In this document: positions 1 to 13,559 of the stretch, piece after piece
How the letters are laid out: every line of letters begins with the position of its first letter
How positions within the stretch are numbered: position 1 is the first letter of the stretch
Assembly (NCBI GenBank): GCA_016748015.1
Contig: JAAOMT010000690.1
Coordinates: forward strand, 124,001-188,000
Source of the DNA: Geosiphon pyriformis uo1
Lineage: Eukaryota; Fungi; Glomeromycota
DNA: 64,000 bases
Direction of reading: 5' to 3'
The notes under the pieces: generated by a model
The model's database searches: none
What the model saw: the letters and a program-made list of their open reading frames with translations, nothing else
Told to the model about the DNA's origin: nothing
Program-made: the position numbers and the translations under genes

Positions 1-2036
1 CCAATAACAGAAGAGAATTTTCAAGAAATATTGCTGAGAAGAACATATGATCTAATGAAAACATTGGAAAACAAATGAAAAAAAGCAGCTGATAATATTA
101 AAAAGTCACAAAAAAAACAGAAAGAAAGACACAATAGTCAACTACTCAACAGACCAGTTGAATTCAAGATTAGAGACAAAGTACTCTTACATCATACCAA
201 AACGGAAAAACAATGGAGTGGAAAATTTGACCCCAAATAGGATAGACCATTTCACATAAAAGAAATTCTAAAAAATGAAGCTTACAAATTAAGACTGGAT
301 AACAAAATTTTAACCAAAGCAGCACATAGAGATTGACTAAAACCATATTACAACACTATACCACTCTCCACCAGTAATATTCCACAATTAAGAGTACAGA
401 GAATACTAGTCCAACCAGATGAGATTCCACGAGATCTGGAACCAATCATTATTATTGACAACAACATGTGAAATTGATTCATTAAAAGAAAATATAAAGA
501 CATGGTAGACGTGACAGAAAATATCAGAAAAATGGAAATTACAGACAACATCCACTCACTAGCTCAACAACTTTTTCAATTGATCCAACACCAAGAAATG
601 GAGATTACAATCAATCAATAAACCATTCGATATCAAGATACTAGAAAGATATTGTAAAACAGAAAACAGAAGAAACCAGAAAATACCATCAACAAAATCA
701 TTATAAAAGTAAAATTGGCAATAAAAGAATTAACAAAAGAGTCAATATACCAAGAGTTGATGAAAGAAACTTGGAATTGGTGGATACAACAATTTCCAAG
801 AAACTATTGTTATTTTTACTTGAGACAACATGTAAATATTCAGAATTTATACATGAATAAAACAAAGCAGTTATTTGACACAACAATACTACAACAATTA
901 AAACATTTTGTGGGAAAAAACAACTTATCTACATAAGCTCAAGCTATATACAGAATACACACAGCATTTCAGAATCGACCAGAAATCTTATTCAACAAAG
1001 CAATAGATATGATTACCAGTAATTAATTGGGAAAGATCACCAATGCTCAATTTGAAAAGTTACAAACTCAAATAACACAAATAATTCTCGAAAACAAAAT
1101 CCAAGAAATACTTCAAGAGGGGGAATTAAAAGAGTTGGATTTTGATGGAGTTTAATATTAAAAGGAGAGAATAATATTACTCATAGAAATATAGGAAATA
1201 TATTAGCATAATTATTAGCCAATCAGAAGTAGATGTAGTAAATGTGGAATTCCAGAATTCCTTCCAGAAATTGCAGGATTCCAGGAATTACAGGATTCTT
1301 ACACAAGGAATTGCAGGATTCCAGAATTCCAGGATTTCTCTTAAAGAAATTGCAGAATTTCAAAAATTCCAGGATTCCTGTCATAAAGAATCAAGGAATT
1401 GAGGAATCTCAATTATGTATATATAGCAGTAGAGTTAGAAGCTGAAAAGACAGACCTTTCAGTTTTAGATTTGATCTAAGAAACCTTTCAGTTCCCAATC
1501 ATTAAATAAATAATTATTTCATATCTCAATTTACTCTCTACTATCAACTCTTTATGTTGATAGTAATTGATACTTAACTATACTGGAACAATAGCTCTTG
1601 ATCATGGCTATTGACGGGATACTAATTTGCAATTGCATCTTGGCCAAAATTCTATTTTCTTTTTATTTTTCTTTTATTTTCTTTTCTAGTTTTTTTTGAT
1701 TTTACTCTTGTGCACTAATTGATTGAATAAAGCGCTAGATTACTGACATTAAGGATTGCCTGGTAAAAGACCCCTGCAAGAGAGTAGAACACATACAGTA
1801 GATATGGAATACTTACCAGAGAATTGCCGGCCACCAAGCCGAAAAAAGAATTGACAGACTTGTAAGTCTGGAAAGCTACAGATAAAACAACTATTAAATC
1901 TCTGTTCATTATACAAAAGACTCCAACAAAACCTTCAGATACAAAACCTTCAGATCATCAACAATGTGAAATAGTCTTGAGCACCAAGTTACAGATCTAT
2001 TATTTGACCTGAGACCCCAAATATTCAACTGTAACA
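1..2036 (+). mobile_element. 3' portion of a Ty3/Gypsy LTR retrotransposon (integrase C-terminus, extra 3' coding region, PPT, 3' LTR), degenerate
   Basis: Frame 1 reads ...KVLLHHTKTEKQWSGKFDPK*DRPFHIKEILKNEAYKLRL...AHRD*LKPYY, the Gypsy integrase C-terminal 'W.GP(F/Y)...YKL...LKPY' pattern with decay stops. A purine tract AAAAGGAGAGAA (~1160-1171) precedes the LTR. Confidence 0.8.
1175..2036 (+). repeat. LTR copy 1 (least decayed)
   Basis: Termini TATTAC (1175-1180; TGTTAC in copy 2) and GTAACA (2031-2036) are an inverted pair. It follows the PPT, has internal GGATTCCAGGAATT-like repeats and a TATA-like TATATATAG (~1418), and has homologous copies at 5858, 38513 and 40344. Confidence 0.8.
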
Positions 2037-3250
2037 ACACCAAAGTCTTTTAAGTTATCTTATACTTTCTACAGAATACTATTAACTTATAATATTAAAA
2101 TTTTACAAATAAACTTAATAACTTTAACACATTCAAAACTGCATTTCTATAGTATTTTAACAATTATAATAGGATCAATTAGCTATTAATTGGCTTTACT
2201 ATAATTAAACAAAGTGATACAGAAACAGTTACTACTTACTTAGAATACTTTTATAGAAATCTGTACCAAATTCAAGCAATTGACATGATTTACTTTATAG
2301 TACCACAAATCTTAAACCAATTTATTTGCAGATTATACAATAATTTTCTATAACAAGTATGTCTATTACATTCAAAATACAGTTACTTATCAAAAATTTT
2401 GAATCAGCTAAGTTTAAAACCAATTATGCTTAAGCTATTAACCTAATAATAAATAGATCATCTGAATTGGATTCTAAACTAAAGCAATTTAGCAAATTTA
2501 TTAATCAGAAATTAGAAAGATACTTAGCTAATAATTTAATAATTTATCAATTCTTACAATATTACAACAATCAAAAAAATTCAAATCAAAATCAAAATTA
2601 GTTGTATCTATTATTATTATTAGTATTAGCAAATCAACAATGGCAACAAAAAATGCATAATTGTTATTATTGTAATAAATAAAGTTATTTAAAAACAGAT
2701 TGTTGTTCTAAGTTTAATAATTTATGATTAGGAAATCAAGCTAAAAACTTTGATCACAGGTTTTAAATCCTGAATTATGTTAATAATTTAGCAATAGAAC
2801 AATATTCATATTAATTACATTATGTATAAATAATGCAGCAGCCAATATATTTACTTCTAATCTACTAAACTCTAGTCTTAATAATTTATTTAAGCACTGT
2901 AGTCACAAGTAATTTATCAATTCCAACAAATTCAAGTATTCTAAAATTTAATTCAAATATTTATTAAAAACCAAAGACCAAAAATTACTCATATTTAACA
3001 AAATTGGAAATTGGCAATAGTAATATATTAACTGATCTTTAGTTTATTAAACCAGCCATTAAGATTATACCAGTAAAGTTTGAAAAATAAGTATACTCAA
3101 AACCCAAATTTCCAGAACTATTTAAGTCTCTTGATTATTTCAGAAAATATCTAATTCACCAATCTAAAAAACTCAAAACAACAACTCTTTAATAATATTT
3201 TACCAGTAACAATTATTAAAAACAAATTACTTATTGCCATATTTTTTTTT
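2037..3250 (+). pseudogene. Gypsy gag remnant, interrupted at its 5' side by the younger element ending at 2036
   Basis: Decayed translation ...KQSDTETVTTYLEYFYRNLYQIQAIDMIYFIVPQILNQFICRL (Retrotrans_gag-like 'Q..ET..Y...F'), followed by a zinc-knuckle-like remnant near 2660-2705. Confidence 0.55.
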
Positions 3251-3976
3251 AAATAGAAAAACAAAATTAAAATCTTATTATTTAGTAAAACTGCTCTTGA
3301 TACTAAATCAATTATTATTATGTACATTAATATCAGAGTTGATAATATTATGAGAGAGTTTTTTTGGTATATTTTAATTGTTAATATCCCATTTTAATTG
3401 CAATCAGTCTCTTATGAATTCCTTGATTTTATGTGTTAAATATTAATAATAATGTACTGAAGATTTTCTCTTGATGTTGAGATGTAAGTCTTTTTTTTAA
3501 TTTTAGTTGTCTTTGTATGTTGTGTATTTCTTCTTAGAGACTAATCTAAAATCTACTCACTGTCTGAAGTCTTCTTTGAGGTTATTCTTGTAATTGCTTG
3601 ATGTGTTTTTCTAATCTAAAAACATGGAATATTAATGGTCTTTTCACAATTTCTCTAAGTATATAATAAAGTTTTTTCAATTTAATTAGTAATCATATGA
3701 ATAATTTTAATTAGAAATTATTCTTCCAAAGAGTTCAAAAATGGAATGATAGTTTCATTCACTAAAGAGAATATGTAAATTTTATTGTTAATCTTATAAT
3801 TGTAATGTTAATTCAATTTATTATTTTTATTAATTCTTTTTAAATAAAATTTTATTTAAATATTTGTTGTTTTGAGTTAAAACTGTTAGATTCTTTATTA
3901 TTAAAAACTATTATATATATATATAATTATTTTTTTACAAAATAACATCTTGTAATACTTTATTTCTATTATTTCT

Positions 3977-4045
3977 AAATAGTGTTTGCTGCTATTGTGA
4001 AATAGTGTTTGCTGCTATTATAAAATAGTGCTTGCTGCTATTATA
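3977..4045. repeat. 3 x 23-bp tandem repeat (AAATAGTGTTTGCTGCTATTRTR)
   Basis: Three adjacent near-identical units read directly, inside a decayed segment that separates the gag and protease remnants. Confidence 0.8.
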
Positions 4046-4164
4046 TAGTAGTACTTGTTATTATTTATAAATTATTTTTTTTTCTTTTTATAAATTGTTG
4101 TTGTGCTATTTTATGATTGGTTAATTTATATTATTTATAATTCTTATTAAATTTTTGAACTATA

Positions 4165-4520
4165 ACAATGGCTAATCTATCAAGTTAATCTTTAATAGTG
4201 AATTAGTAAACAATATTATTATATAACAATTAATAAATTAATTAAGTTGTCAAGTTGATTGAGCTATTAGCATTAAAATTATTATTATTAATGAAATAAT
4301 AAAAACTTCTATTAACAAAATTAATAATGTTTTTTTTAAAGTTAATGATATTATTATGTCAATTAAAGTTTTAGTTATAGAAGCCATATAATACCAAACT
4401 CTAATAAATAATAATTGGCTGTCTAAGACCAATACTGTACTCAATTAAAACACCTAAAAACTTTAGTTAATATATATAGGATAGTATAATCAGATTTTAG
4501 GTATTTGTAATCACTTTAAA
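4165..4520 (+). pseudogene. Retrotransposon aspartic protease remnant
   Basis: IKLIFNSELVNNII reverts by A->G/T->C to IKLILDSGSAGSII (DSG active site). Downstream SIKVLVIEAI*YQTLINNNWLSK resembles the '(L/V)G.DWL' protease end. Confidence 0.6.
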
Positions 4521-5544
4521 ACAATTACTATTATTTAATCAACATTACTAATTAAGTTCAAAAAAGAAAAAAAAACCTATTTAAAAAGCTTATCAAGTAT
4601 TATAAACCAAAAAAAACACAAAAAACTGTTATCAATATTTATTTAAAAAAAAAAATTGAATTTCAACAAACAGTTAGTATATTTTATACTTGATATTAGT
4701 ACCAAAAAAAACACTTATCCTATATTTTACTTAAATACATAGATTGCAACAAAAAGCTTTTATCTATAAAAGCTTGCATCTTATCAGAAAAGGAATATAA
4801 ACATATATCTGCTATTATTATAAAATATGTTACTGAGAATACTTTGAATGACCAAAATAACAAGAAAAATAAAATAACAAATTTTGTTTAGTCTGTGAAA
4901 AAACTCTACTTAATAAAAAAATATGAAATAGCATTCCTAATCAAAGAAAAATATATAATATATTATGCTAATACACAATTATTATTAGTAATTAGATAAA
5001 CAAAAAAATGCTTTTTAATATTGTATAGAGCTAAGTTTTTTTATGCTTAAACAGTTATTTATATAACAAAGATGAAATCTGGAGAATAATAAGTGCCAAA
5101 ACTAAAGGTGTTTTATTTAATAAAATATTAGTAATCAAAAACAATTCATTAAAACTAATTAAAATTGTCTTTATTTTAAACTTAAAAATTTTTGTTAATA
5201 TTATAGATAATCTAAAACAATTCTATAAGCACTATTAAGACTTAATGCTAACTAAAAAAAAGCAAGAACAAAGACTAAAACAGATGAATATAAGACTATG
5301 CAAGTACTGCCCAATTTTCAGTAACTTTGAATATTATAATAATTGTAATTTTATTTATAATTTACCACTATATATAATCTATTTAATCTTCAAAAAAAAA
5401 CTAATTAGTGAGTGTGTCTCAAAATTGGAATCAAAATTTAATTTCAATTCAAATTTTAATAATAACAACAATAATAATTCTAATAGTATTGACAATAGTA
5501 ATAACAATGATAAAAATTTAAATTTAAATTTTAAATAATATATT

Positions 5545-5775
5545 GTGCTTCTAAATTTTTTTATAGAGCAAAAACTTAAATGGTTTAATAATAATAATAA
5601 AAATATTATATCAGAACATACACATAATACTAATACAAGATTTAATCTTAAATATTCTGAAAAAAATACTATCATTTTGGAATTTAATATATATACTTAC
5701 ATAGATCTGAAAATAATTTTGGAAATTTTGACAATAACAATAGTTTAATTAGTATCTAAATCTAGCTTAGCCAAG
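5545..5775 (+). pseudogene. dUTPase domain remnant (motifs I-II) within Gypsy pol, truncated by an internal deletion
   Basis: HNTNTRFNLKY (5623-5655) corresponds to motif I (AGFDL) and LVSKSSLAK (5749-5775) to motif II (RSS). The sequence then jumps to the element's 3' end and LTR. A homologous copy lies at 44330-44680 on the minus strand. Confidence 0.65.
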
Positions 5776-5857
5776 TAATTCTAGAAAAAGAAGTAATAAA
5801 ACTAATTTAAAAAAAGGATTTAGAATTTTGATAAAGCTTAATATTAAAAAAAAATAA

Positions 5858-6484
5858 TGTTACTTATAGAAAAGTAAAAATTATAATAGGTAAAAAAATA
5901 GTTAATAGGAAATTGGCATAGTAAAAAGAGAAATTCCAGAATTTTTTTCAAAGAATTTCAAGATTCTAGAATTCCAGAATTTTTTTTAAGGAATTAAAAA
6001 ATTTAAAAAAATTTTGTATAATAAAAAAGATATATATATAGTAGTAATATTAAAAGCAAAAAAAATAAATAATTAGATTCAAACAAGTTTAAAACAATAG
6101 CTCTTGATTATAATTAATAGAATACTAATTTCTTATTTTTTTTCTTATTTTTTTTTTTTTGTTGTTTACTAATTAATTAAAAGATGAAGTACAGAAATAT
6201 TGATATTAAGGATAGCTTGGTAAAAGACTCATAAAACAAAAATAATAAACTTAAAAAAGAAGATAGCTTACCAAAAGAACATAACTGTTAAATTAAACTA
6301 ACCACTATATTAAAGACAAAAATTAGAAAAAAACTATTATTTGAATTTTTGTTCATTATACAAAAAACTCAACCAAACTCTTTAGATTACAAAAACCTTC
6401 AGAAATTAATATTATTAATAGCTATTAAGCACCAAGTTATAAGTTTGTTATTTATTCTAATATCTCAAATAATTACTTATAATA
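5858..6484 (+). repeat. LTR copy 2 (intermediate decay)
   Basis: Begins TGTTAC (5858) after a decayed PPT. It shares ACAATAGCTCTTGAT, GGTAAAAGAC and AGCACCAAGTTA blocks with copy 1 and ends ATAATA (decayed GTAACA). Confidence 0.75.
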
Positions 6485-6489
6485 TTGTA

Positions 6490-8330
6490 TTAAAATAACA
6501 TAACCAGAAAACTTTTTTACCTTAGAAATATGTTAAGCCAGAAAATTGTTTATAATAATAATTATCTTAGTACTAAAAAAATTTTTATCTAAACCAGATG
6601 TGAAAATTTGCACTTTATTAAACTTATTTACAATCTATAGTTTAATATTAAACTTTAATTTTGTTTTTGTAATAATAAAAATCATATTATCTAAATTTAT
6701 ATACCAATAGACAATATTTTTTTTACTTTACAGAGACATTGATACTATAAACATTATATATAGCAAACTTTCAAACTAAATTAGTTATTAAAATAAAAAG
6801 AGCATCAAAAAACTTAAGCCAAAGTATAATTGATTTAATTTTGCCAAAATTAAGTTAACTAAAATTTCAAAAGCCACTATTTTTGATTTCAAGCCACCAA
6901 TTTTAATGGTCAGAATCTTTAAGCTAGTCAAACCCAAATTCAAAGTCTTATTAAATACAACTAAAAAAACAAACAAACAATACAAACAGATTATTTAAAA
7001 TCATATTTAAATTTAAATTTAAATCCATAAACACAAAAAAAAGTAGAAAAAAAGATTAAAAAACAAACACCTAGGACATCAAATCTATAAGATTTAGTTT
7101 TTACACAATTTTTAACACTTAATTAACCAAAAGCTTTAAGAAGCATTTCAAAAAGCCAAATAAATATCAATAAACAAATTATCTTAAACAATCAAGAAGT
7201 TTTTTTTAACATGTAAAGTATTTAAAAAAAAATCTAAAACCAGAACCAAAGCAAGTATTATTAGAAAAGATAACAAGTAAAACTATTTATGTTTATAATT
7301 TGTTACCAAAGACAGTAAAACAAAAAATAAAAACACTTTTTTTTGTATATAATCTGATTAACTGTAAATAATTCTTATTTGAAACAATTTTTTTATATAT
7401 TTTCAAAAAAAACAGAATAGATGTATTTAATACATCTTATTTCAAAACCAAATATTTAAAACATCTATATTTTTTACAATAAACCAAATTCAATTTAATC
7501 TAAAAAAGTTTTATATTATCAAAAATAGGCTTGTATAAAAGACAGATTCCAGATTTTTTTTAATACTGAAATTAATAACAGTATAGCAAATTCTATTGCC
7601 AGTTTTAAATGCTCAATTAATAATACAAGTTTTCTCACCAGTTTTTTTTAACAGAGTACTCAGATTATAAGCAGTTGTTCTTATAAGCAAAATAAACAAA
7701 AATGCTTTAAATTAATTTCTTAATATATAAGTATTACAATTTTTCATAATTTTGGACATATATACTGAATTTTTTTCAATTAAAAATAATTATTAAGAAG
7801 CTAACTTATTAGCTTAACTTAAATCAGCAAATTTTATTACAGCTTTTTGTTACAGTCTAATAAGTTGTAATTTAATTGACATAATTTAACCAAACTTAGT
7901 TACTGCAATAACAATTATTTCTTTTAACATATTCATAAAAATTTTTTTGATTACCACAGTCCAATTTAAATGTATTTCTTGTTTTTTAAAATTATTGTTT
8001 ATGATAATCCATTTTTTTTTAGTTAATAATATAACTTTTTTTATGTTTTTCTTTAATATAAACATTAATTTGATGATTTTTTCAAATTTTAAGAAAATAG
8101 TGGTATTTTCAAAACCATTAATTATTGAAAAAGTTTTTCTAATTATTTGAGTTTTTACTATTCTTAACTTGTTTTTTACAGCTAAGAGATTAATATTTAA
8201 AACAAAATTTTTTTAACAGTTACTTCGACTTAAGTTTTCATTATTTTGGAGTTAATCTATCTTTTGTTCAAAAAATATTAAGGAAAAGTAAGAGAAAACC
8301 AACTTTTTTTTCTATATCAAAAACAAAAAA
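6490..8330 (-). mobile_element. Degenerate LINE (ORF1 plus start of APE endonuclease)
   Basis: The minus strand gives ORF1-like 'GE(K)TCIIN*AFKTGNRICYTVI' and, near 6650-6755, 'NVYSINVSVK...I..ITKTKLK', which corresponds to the APE 'N(V)RG.N...ETKL' motifs. It is homologous to the LINE at 27930-31585. Confidence 0.55.
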
Positions 8331-8699
8331 ACCAAAAAAAGCCATAATTCAAATTAGTAATTATTTTTTTGGTCTTAAAAATAGTAACAACTGAATCTAA
8401 AAAATGTTCACTATTAATACCAGTCATAAAACTATCACTTTTATTATTATTAGATTTATTATTCATATCTAAATACATACTATTATTAAAACTAAACTTA
8501 ATCAAAGAAATATTTTTTTATTATCAAAATATTTAATATTACTAAGAACAATTTTTTTTAAAGAAAAAGTCACTAAAAAGATCATAAAAAACTTTTTTAA
8601 ATGTTTTTTTTTAGATATGCTACTATTTAAAGCAGTTTTTAAATCCATAATAAAAAAATTATTAATTTGAGAAATATTAAAAAAAAACAAAAAACTTTT

Positions 8700-11330
8700 T
8701 TTTAAAATTATGTTTTTTAAAAAATTTAAAATCTAAAAAAAAGTAGCTTAATTAATATATTAGTTATTTTTTAATAATTAATAAAAATTGTTTATTTTAA
8801 AATACTATAAAAATCAATTATTGTTTATTTAAATAATATTAACATGTTTTTTATTATTTACAACAAATATTTAAATAATTTTAATAAGTAAAATTAAAAC
8901 TTAATACAGATAAATATTTTTTGAAAAAACAAAGCTTAAACTTTTAAAACATATTGTAAAAAAAATAATATTAAAATCAATTCAAACAAAATTAAAAAGT
9001 AAAAAACTTTTTAAAATTTAGATCGAGCAATGAGTGTGCAGATGAGCTTGCTAAGGATGCAGCACTCTCTACTTGGCATTTGTCCCATTTAGTCAGTGAA
9101 CGTTTTTTGAAGGCTAAGGGCAGTGTGGTTTCTGGAAATTTCAAGCACTTTGTTCGTGATGTGTTTTGGTCTATTCTTTGTACGTGTTGGGAGGTTGGTT
9201 CTGGTTCCCAGATCTTGGCAGCCAGTTTGCATAATGGTGTTAACTGGTCTAAGTCTTCTTTGGTTTGGCACCTTGATTTTCACTTGGCTGCTGGTTTTAC
9301 TAGTGCACATACCACTGGCCTTCGGACATACTTTATGAAATCTTTCCATCATCGGCTTCCTGTCACTGTGCATAAGCATTTGTATGATAGGTGCTACTCC
9401 AGTGTGGTGTGTTTGTTCTATGGTGATATAGAATTCTCGGATCATGTCTTCGTTTGTCCTTTTGATGCTGCTGGTCATGCTTGGTTGTTGGATGCTCATG
9501 CATCTTTTTGGAAAATGTGGTTTGGTCTCTTTTATTCTACTTTGTGTGTCTCGCAGTTGTTGTCTTTTTGTTTTTTCAATAATACTTTTAGTACTACTTT
9601 GTGTAAGGGTTTTGTTTTTGACAATTAGTACCATGAATTCCTTTTGGTCTTTAAGAATACTAAGGTTGCGGTTTTAAATATTGTGTGTTTTGTGTGCGAG
9701 TTTTGCTCCACATTTTGTGATGAGTTTTGGCTGGTCCATGCCAAACACTGAGCTTTTATGGAGAGGAATAGACTTATTTCTCGTGATAGTTTTATTCCTG
9801 CCCTGGTTTCTGGTTTATCTACAGTGCTTTTGGCTGGTGTGATCAGGTTGTTGGATGTTGTTGAAGTTTTTGGTATTGGTTTTAGTTTTCATAAACCTTG
9901 CTTGTTTTTTTCAGGTATAGGAGATTTTGTCTCTATTAGGGTAGGTGCATAGTGTTGTTCTGATCAGCCCAAGTGGCTGGTTATATGTAGGAAAAGCATG
10001 ATTTACTCCTAATTTAAATCATTTATATGATGTATAATTTTAGGTTGCATTTGGACCTCACTCATTAAACATAATAATAAAAAAAATTTAGAAACTTAAT
10101 AAAATTAAAATTTTTTTTAAATTTAGTTATAATTTATTTGAAATTTTTTAAAAATTGCTTAATTATTTTACCAATTACAAATAAAAACACTAGTTATAAA
10201 TAGACTGCTATATAATAAAAAGTATTTAAATATTTAAAACAAAAGCTAATTAAAGTTTTAGTTTTAATTTATTTAAATTACAATAAACTATTTATAATTA
10301 TAATTGATATATTAAAAATAGTATTAAAAATAGTTTTATTTTAATAAAAATTAAATAATTAAAAATATTCAATAATATATATTAGCAAAAACTTAAATTT
10401 AATAAAAAAACTGTGAAATTTTAGTTTTAAAATATTTTATAATCTATTAAATAGTTTTTAAGTAGAAAAAATATTTAATTAAAATATTTAATATTTATAT
10501 TAATTATAAAAGTTTAATATTACTGCAAAAAAAATCAGTAAACAATAAAAATACCAAATAAAAAACAATACTATTACTATTTAAATATAAATTATAAAAA
10601 AATACTAATAGTTTATAATGAATAAGACAAAAATAAAAGACAAATAATCATAAAACCACTATAAATCAAAATAAAAATCAGATTTATCAATATTTATGCT
10701 AATATAAATCAAATATTATCAATTTAAAAAAAATTATTTTAAAATAAACAAAACAAAATACATTACTAATTTAGATATTATTTTATTTACCAAAATATAT
10801 TACATTAAAAAAACAAAAAAAAATCAAACAAACTATTATTAATAATAACAAAACAAAAAAAAACAGTTTTGTTTAATATGTATTCAGATTTAACTACAAA
10901 ATATTTAACTATAAACAACAATTAAAAAAATTAAGAAGTTATATTATTGGTTAACTATATATCTAAATAAAATGCTTGCCAAAAATGAGACTAAGTAAAC
11001 TATTAAGATTAATTAAAATTAATTAAATTGAAATTATTATTTGTAACTATTAAAAACAACAGATATATAATAGTTGTTATAAATTATTTAACCAAATGGC
11101 TAAAAGTCAAAGCTATTAAAGAACCAATACTGAATCAATAACTGAATTTGCTTATTAAAATTTAACATATGAACATGAATGTTCAAAAAAATTATTATTA
11201 AACCAAAAAATCCACTTTGTAAACAGAATATTGGCTGAATTAAGTTAAAGATTTGAAGTAAAAAAACCATTATTATTTACAAACAAATAACTTAATTAAA
11301 AGATTCAATAGAACATTGTGTAAAAATCAG
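8700..11330 (+). pseudogene. Highly decayed Gypsy RT-RNaseH-integrase segment, interrupted by the LINE at 9023-10082
   Basis: IVYLNNIN at 8820-8843 corresponds to RT YLDD. The integrase-like NNRYIIVVINYLTKWLKVKAIK lies near 11055-11120. The segment is collinear with the minus-strand copy at ~42100-43500. Confidence 0.7.
9023..10082 (+). mobile_element. 5'-truncated LINE insertion (RNase H end plus CCHC zinc finger region) with target-site duplication
   Basis: NECADELAK (RNase H 'GNE.AD.LAK') at ~9029-9055 and HHRLPV...CLFYGDIEFSDHVFVC (degenerate CCHC). It has a TAA/A-rich tail, and AAAATTTAGA is repeated at 9013-9022 and 10083-10092. Confidence 0.8.
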
Positions 11331-11503
11331 CCAAAAAAACCAAAAATAATGGAACTTATTTATATTATCGAATTTGTTGGAATTAATAATAAAAAGAAAG
11401 ATTGATATGAACAAGAAAAAAAGAAAATCATTACTTTTTTCGAATTATATATAAATCACAACAAGTGATTCGGATTTAATTTTAGATTTATTCCACCATC
11501 TAA

Positions 11504-13271
11504 ATGTCTGAACGAAAACACGCGATTTCCAACGACCAGAAAACAATTGGATCCAGCAGCAAAAGCCCCTCCCACAAAAAAGTGCGAATATCCTCACCTA
11601 CACCTTCTGAAAGTGATATTTTGTACCCTAGAAAAAAGCGAAGCTCGCCCTCTCCGCCGGGGACGCCTACAGAAGGCATACTAAACCCACACTATATCAC
11701 CCCAGAATTTATCAGAAAATTCCGCCAGGCCTTTCGCTACTCCAAAGATTTCAATGACCCCCTGACTGGTTGTCAAGTCCACTCAAACCCGTTTCCTTCC
11801 GCAGTTCTACCACATGTCTTTTCCTCTTTGTTCTTACAACACGTTAAGAAGGAAGTTGTAGCAGAGAGTTTTACTCACCGTTCCAATGATCTTTACGAAT
11901 TCTATCAAAGTAGGAGTCTTGAAAATGTTGATAAGCCATACTTAGCAAAATTGAAGCAAGTCGTGTATTCGGATTGGTTTTCAAGATTGTTTGGGGAATT
12001 AACAGGGATAGAACTTGATGGAGAAACAATAGATTTGTCGGCACATATCTATAAACAGGGAAACTATCTACTGTGTCATGATGATGATATTAAAGAAGAT
12101 TATCAAAATGAGGAAGAGTACGAGGAGAGTAATCGATTCATAGGTAAAAATAATGGAATAAGCGGGAGGAGGATTGCATTCATCATTTATTTAGTCGATG
12201 AAGATTGGACAAAAGAAGATGGTGGTGCATTGGAATTGTTTGACATGTAAGTTTGAAAGAATTTTTAGCTATTTTGCATAAATATTTTATTATAATCCTC
12301 TTATAGAATCAAATTTTAGTGACAAGAAGGGGCATCCACATCAAGTAGTGCACTCAATTGTTCCACGATGGAACTCTATGGCTTTTTTTGAAGTAAGTCC
12401 TACTTCTTATCACCAAGTTTCTGAGGTCATCACTACGGTGAAGCCTCGGATTTCTATTTCAGGGTGGTTTCATGGCTCGCTAAAGAGTCGACTATCTATT
12501 GCGGAATATCAAATACTTGATGACATGGATGCTGAAGAGTTTGATATTACGGATTTGATAAATTCGGAATATTTGAAAGAAGACTCTATAGAAGAGTTTT
12601 TGAAAATGATACATACCAATGGTTCTGTTGAATTGCGTGGGTTCTTAAAAGAGGAGGTATATGCCCGATTGATGCAAAGTTTTGAGGAAGAGGCACATTG
12701 GGAAGAGGAACCTATTGGATCTCCATTTGTCCGAAAATATCATTTGCTGAAAAATCAAAACAATACTAACCATTTGATTGCTGGAAAACAAAGCGCTTCT
12801 GATTCATCGCCATACCATGTATACATTCACAACTTCTTCAAATCCAACGCATTTCGAAATTATATCGAAAACGTAACGCATCTTTCATTTGGTGCTGTTG
12901 CAGCCGAAACGCGGCAATTTCGTTGTGGTAATTATATCATCGCTCATGATCATGCAGCGGATCGTGCCGGCGTTGACGTAGTATTTTGTTGTATCAGTGA
13001 AAAATGGGATGAAGAGTGGGAGGGTTCCACAGTGTATTTCGCTGAAAATAAAGAAATGCCACTGCATACTTTATGGCCTGTAAGAAATACGTTGATGATT
13101 ACCGAGAGGATTGACGGAATTCATCGCTTCGTAAAATATATAAACTCTAAAGCTCAGATCCCAAGAACTGAGATGGCTTTTATGTGGGTAACGGAAAATG
13201 AAGAGAATGAAGGGGATGAAGAGGATGAGAGTGATATACTTTTAGAAAATGGAGAAATCGACGAAGATTAA
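11504..13271 (+). CDS. 2-oxoglutarate/Fe(II)-dependent prolyl hydroxylase, OGFOD1/Tpa1/Ofd1-like; exons 11504-12246 and 12320-13271 (~564 aa)
   Basis: HxD motif (LLCHDDDI), RRIAFIIYLV...W..EDGGALELF, distal His (SYHQV), RISISGWF and a degenerate second DSBH domain. A GT-AG intron at 12247-12319 keeps the frame. Confidence 0.88.
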
Positions 13272-13559
13272 AAATGATTGCATCAAAGTCAACAATGAAA
13301 GAATAAAAAGATCAATAAGACGCAGTATTTGCTGATTTTTTCCAAGTTTTTTGTTTTATTTACCCTCAGCCTGAAACCGCCCACTATCATATTGGCCATG
13401 TGGAAAATTTTTGAAATATGTACGCAAGTCCTATTTATTTGAAATTGATCTGTTTGTTCTTTAAAATAAGAAGCCTTCAGCGATAAATGATTGTTCTGCC
13501 AAATTCGTTTCGGAAAAATTATATGATGCAATTGATTACACAAGTTTATCATTATAATT

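Noticed and set aside
1242-1445. ORF with repeated SRIP motifs
   Set aside because: It is a translation of LTR-internal GGATTCCAGGAATT repeats.
9089-9634. 181-aa minus-strand ORF
   Set aside because: It is the antisense shadow of the LINE ORF2 fragment.
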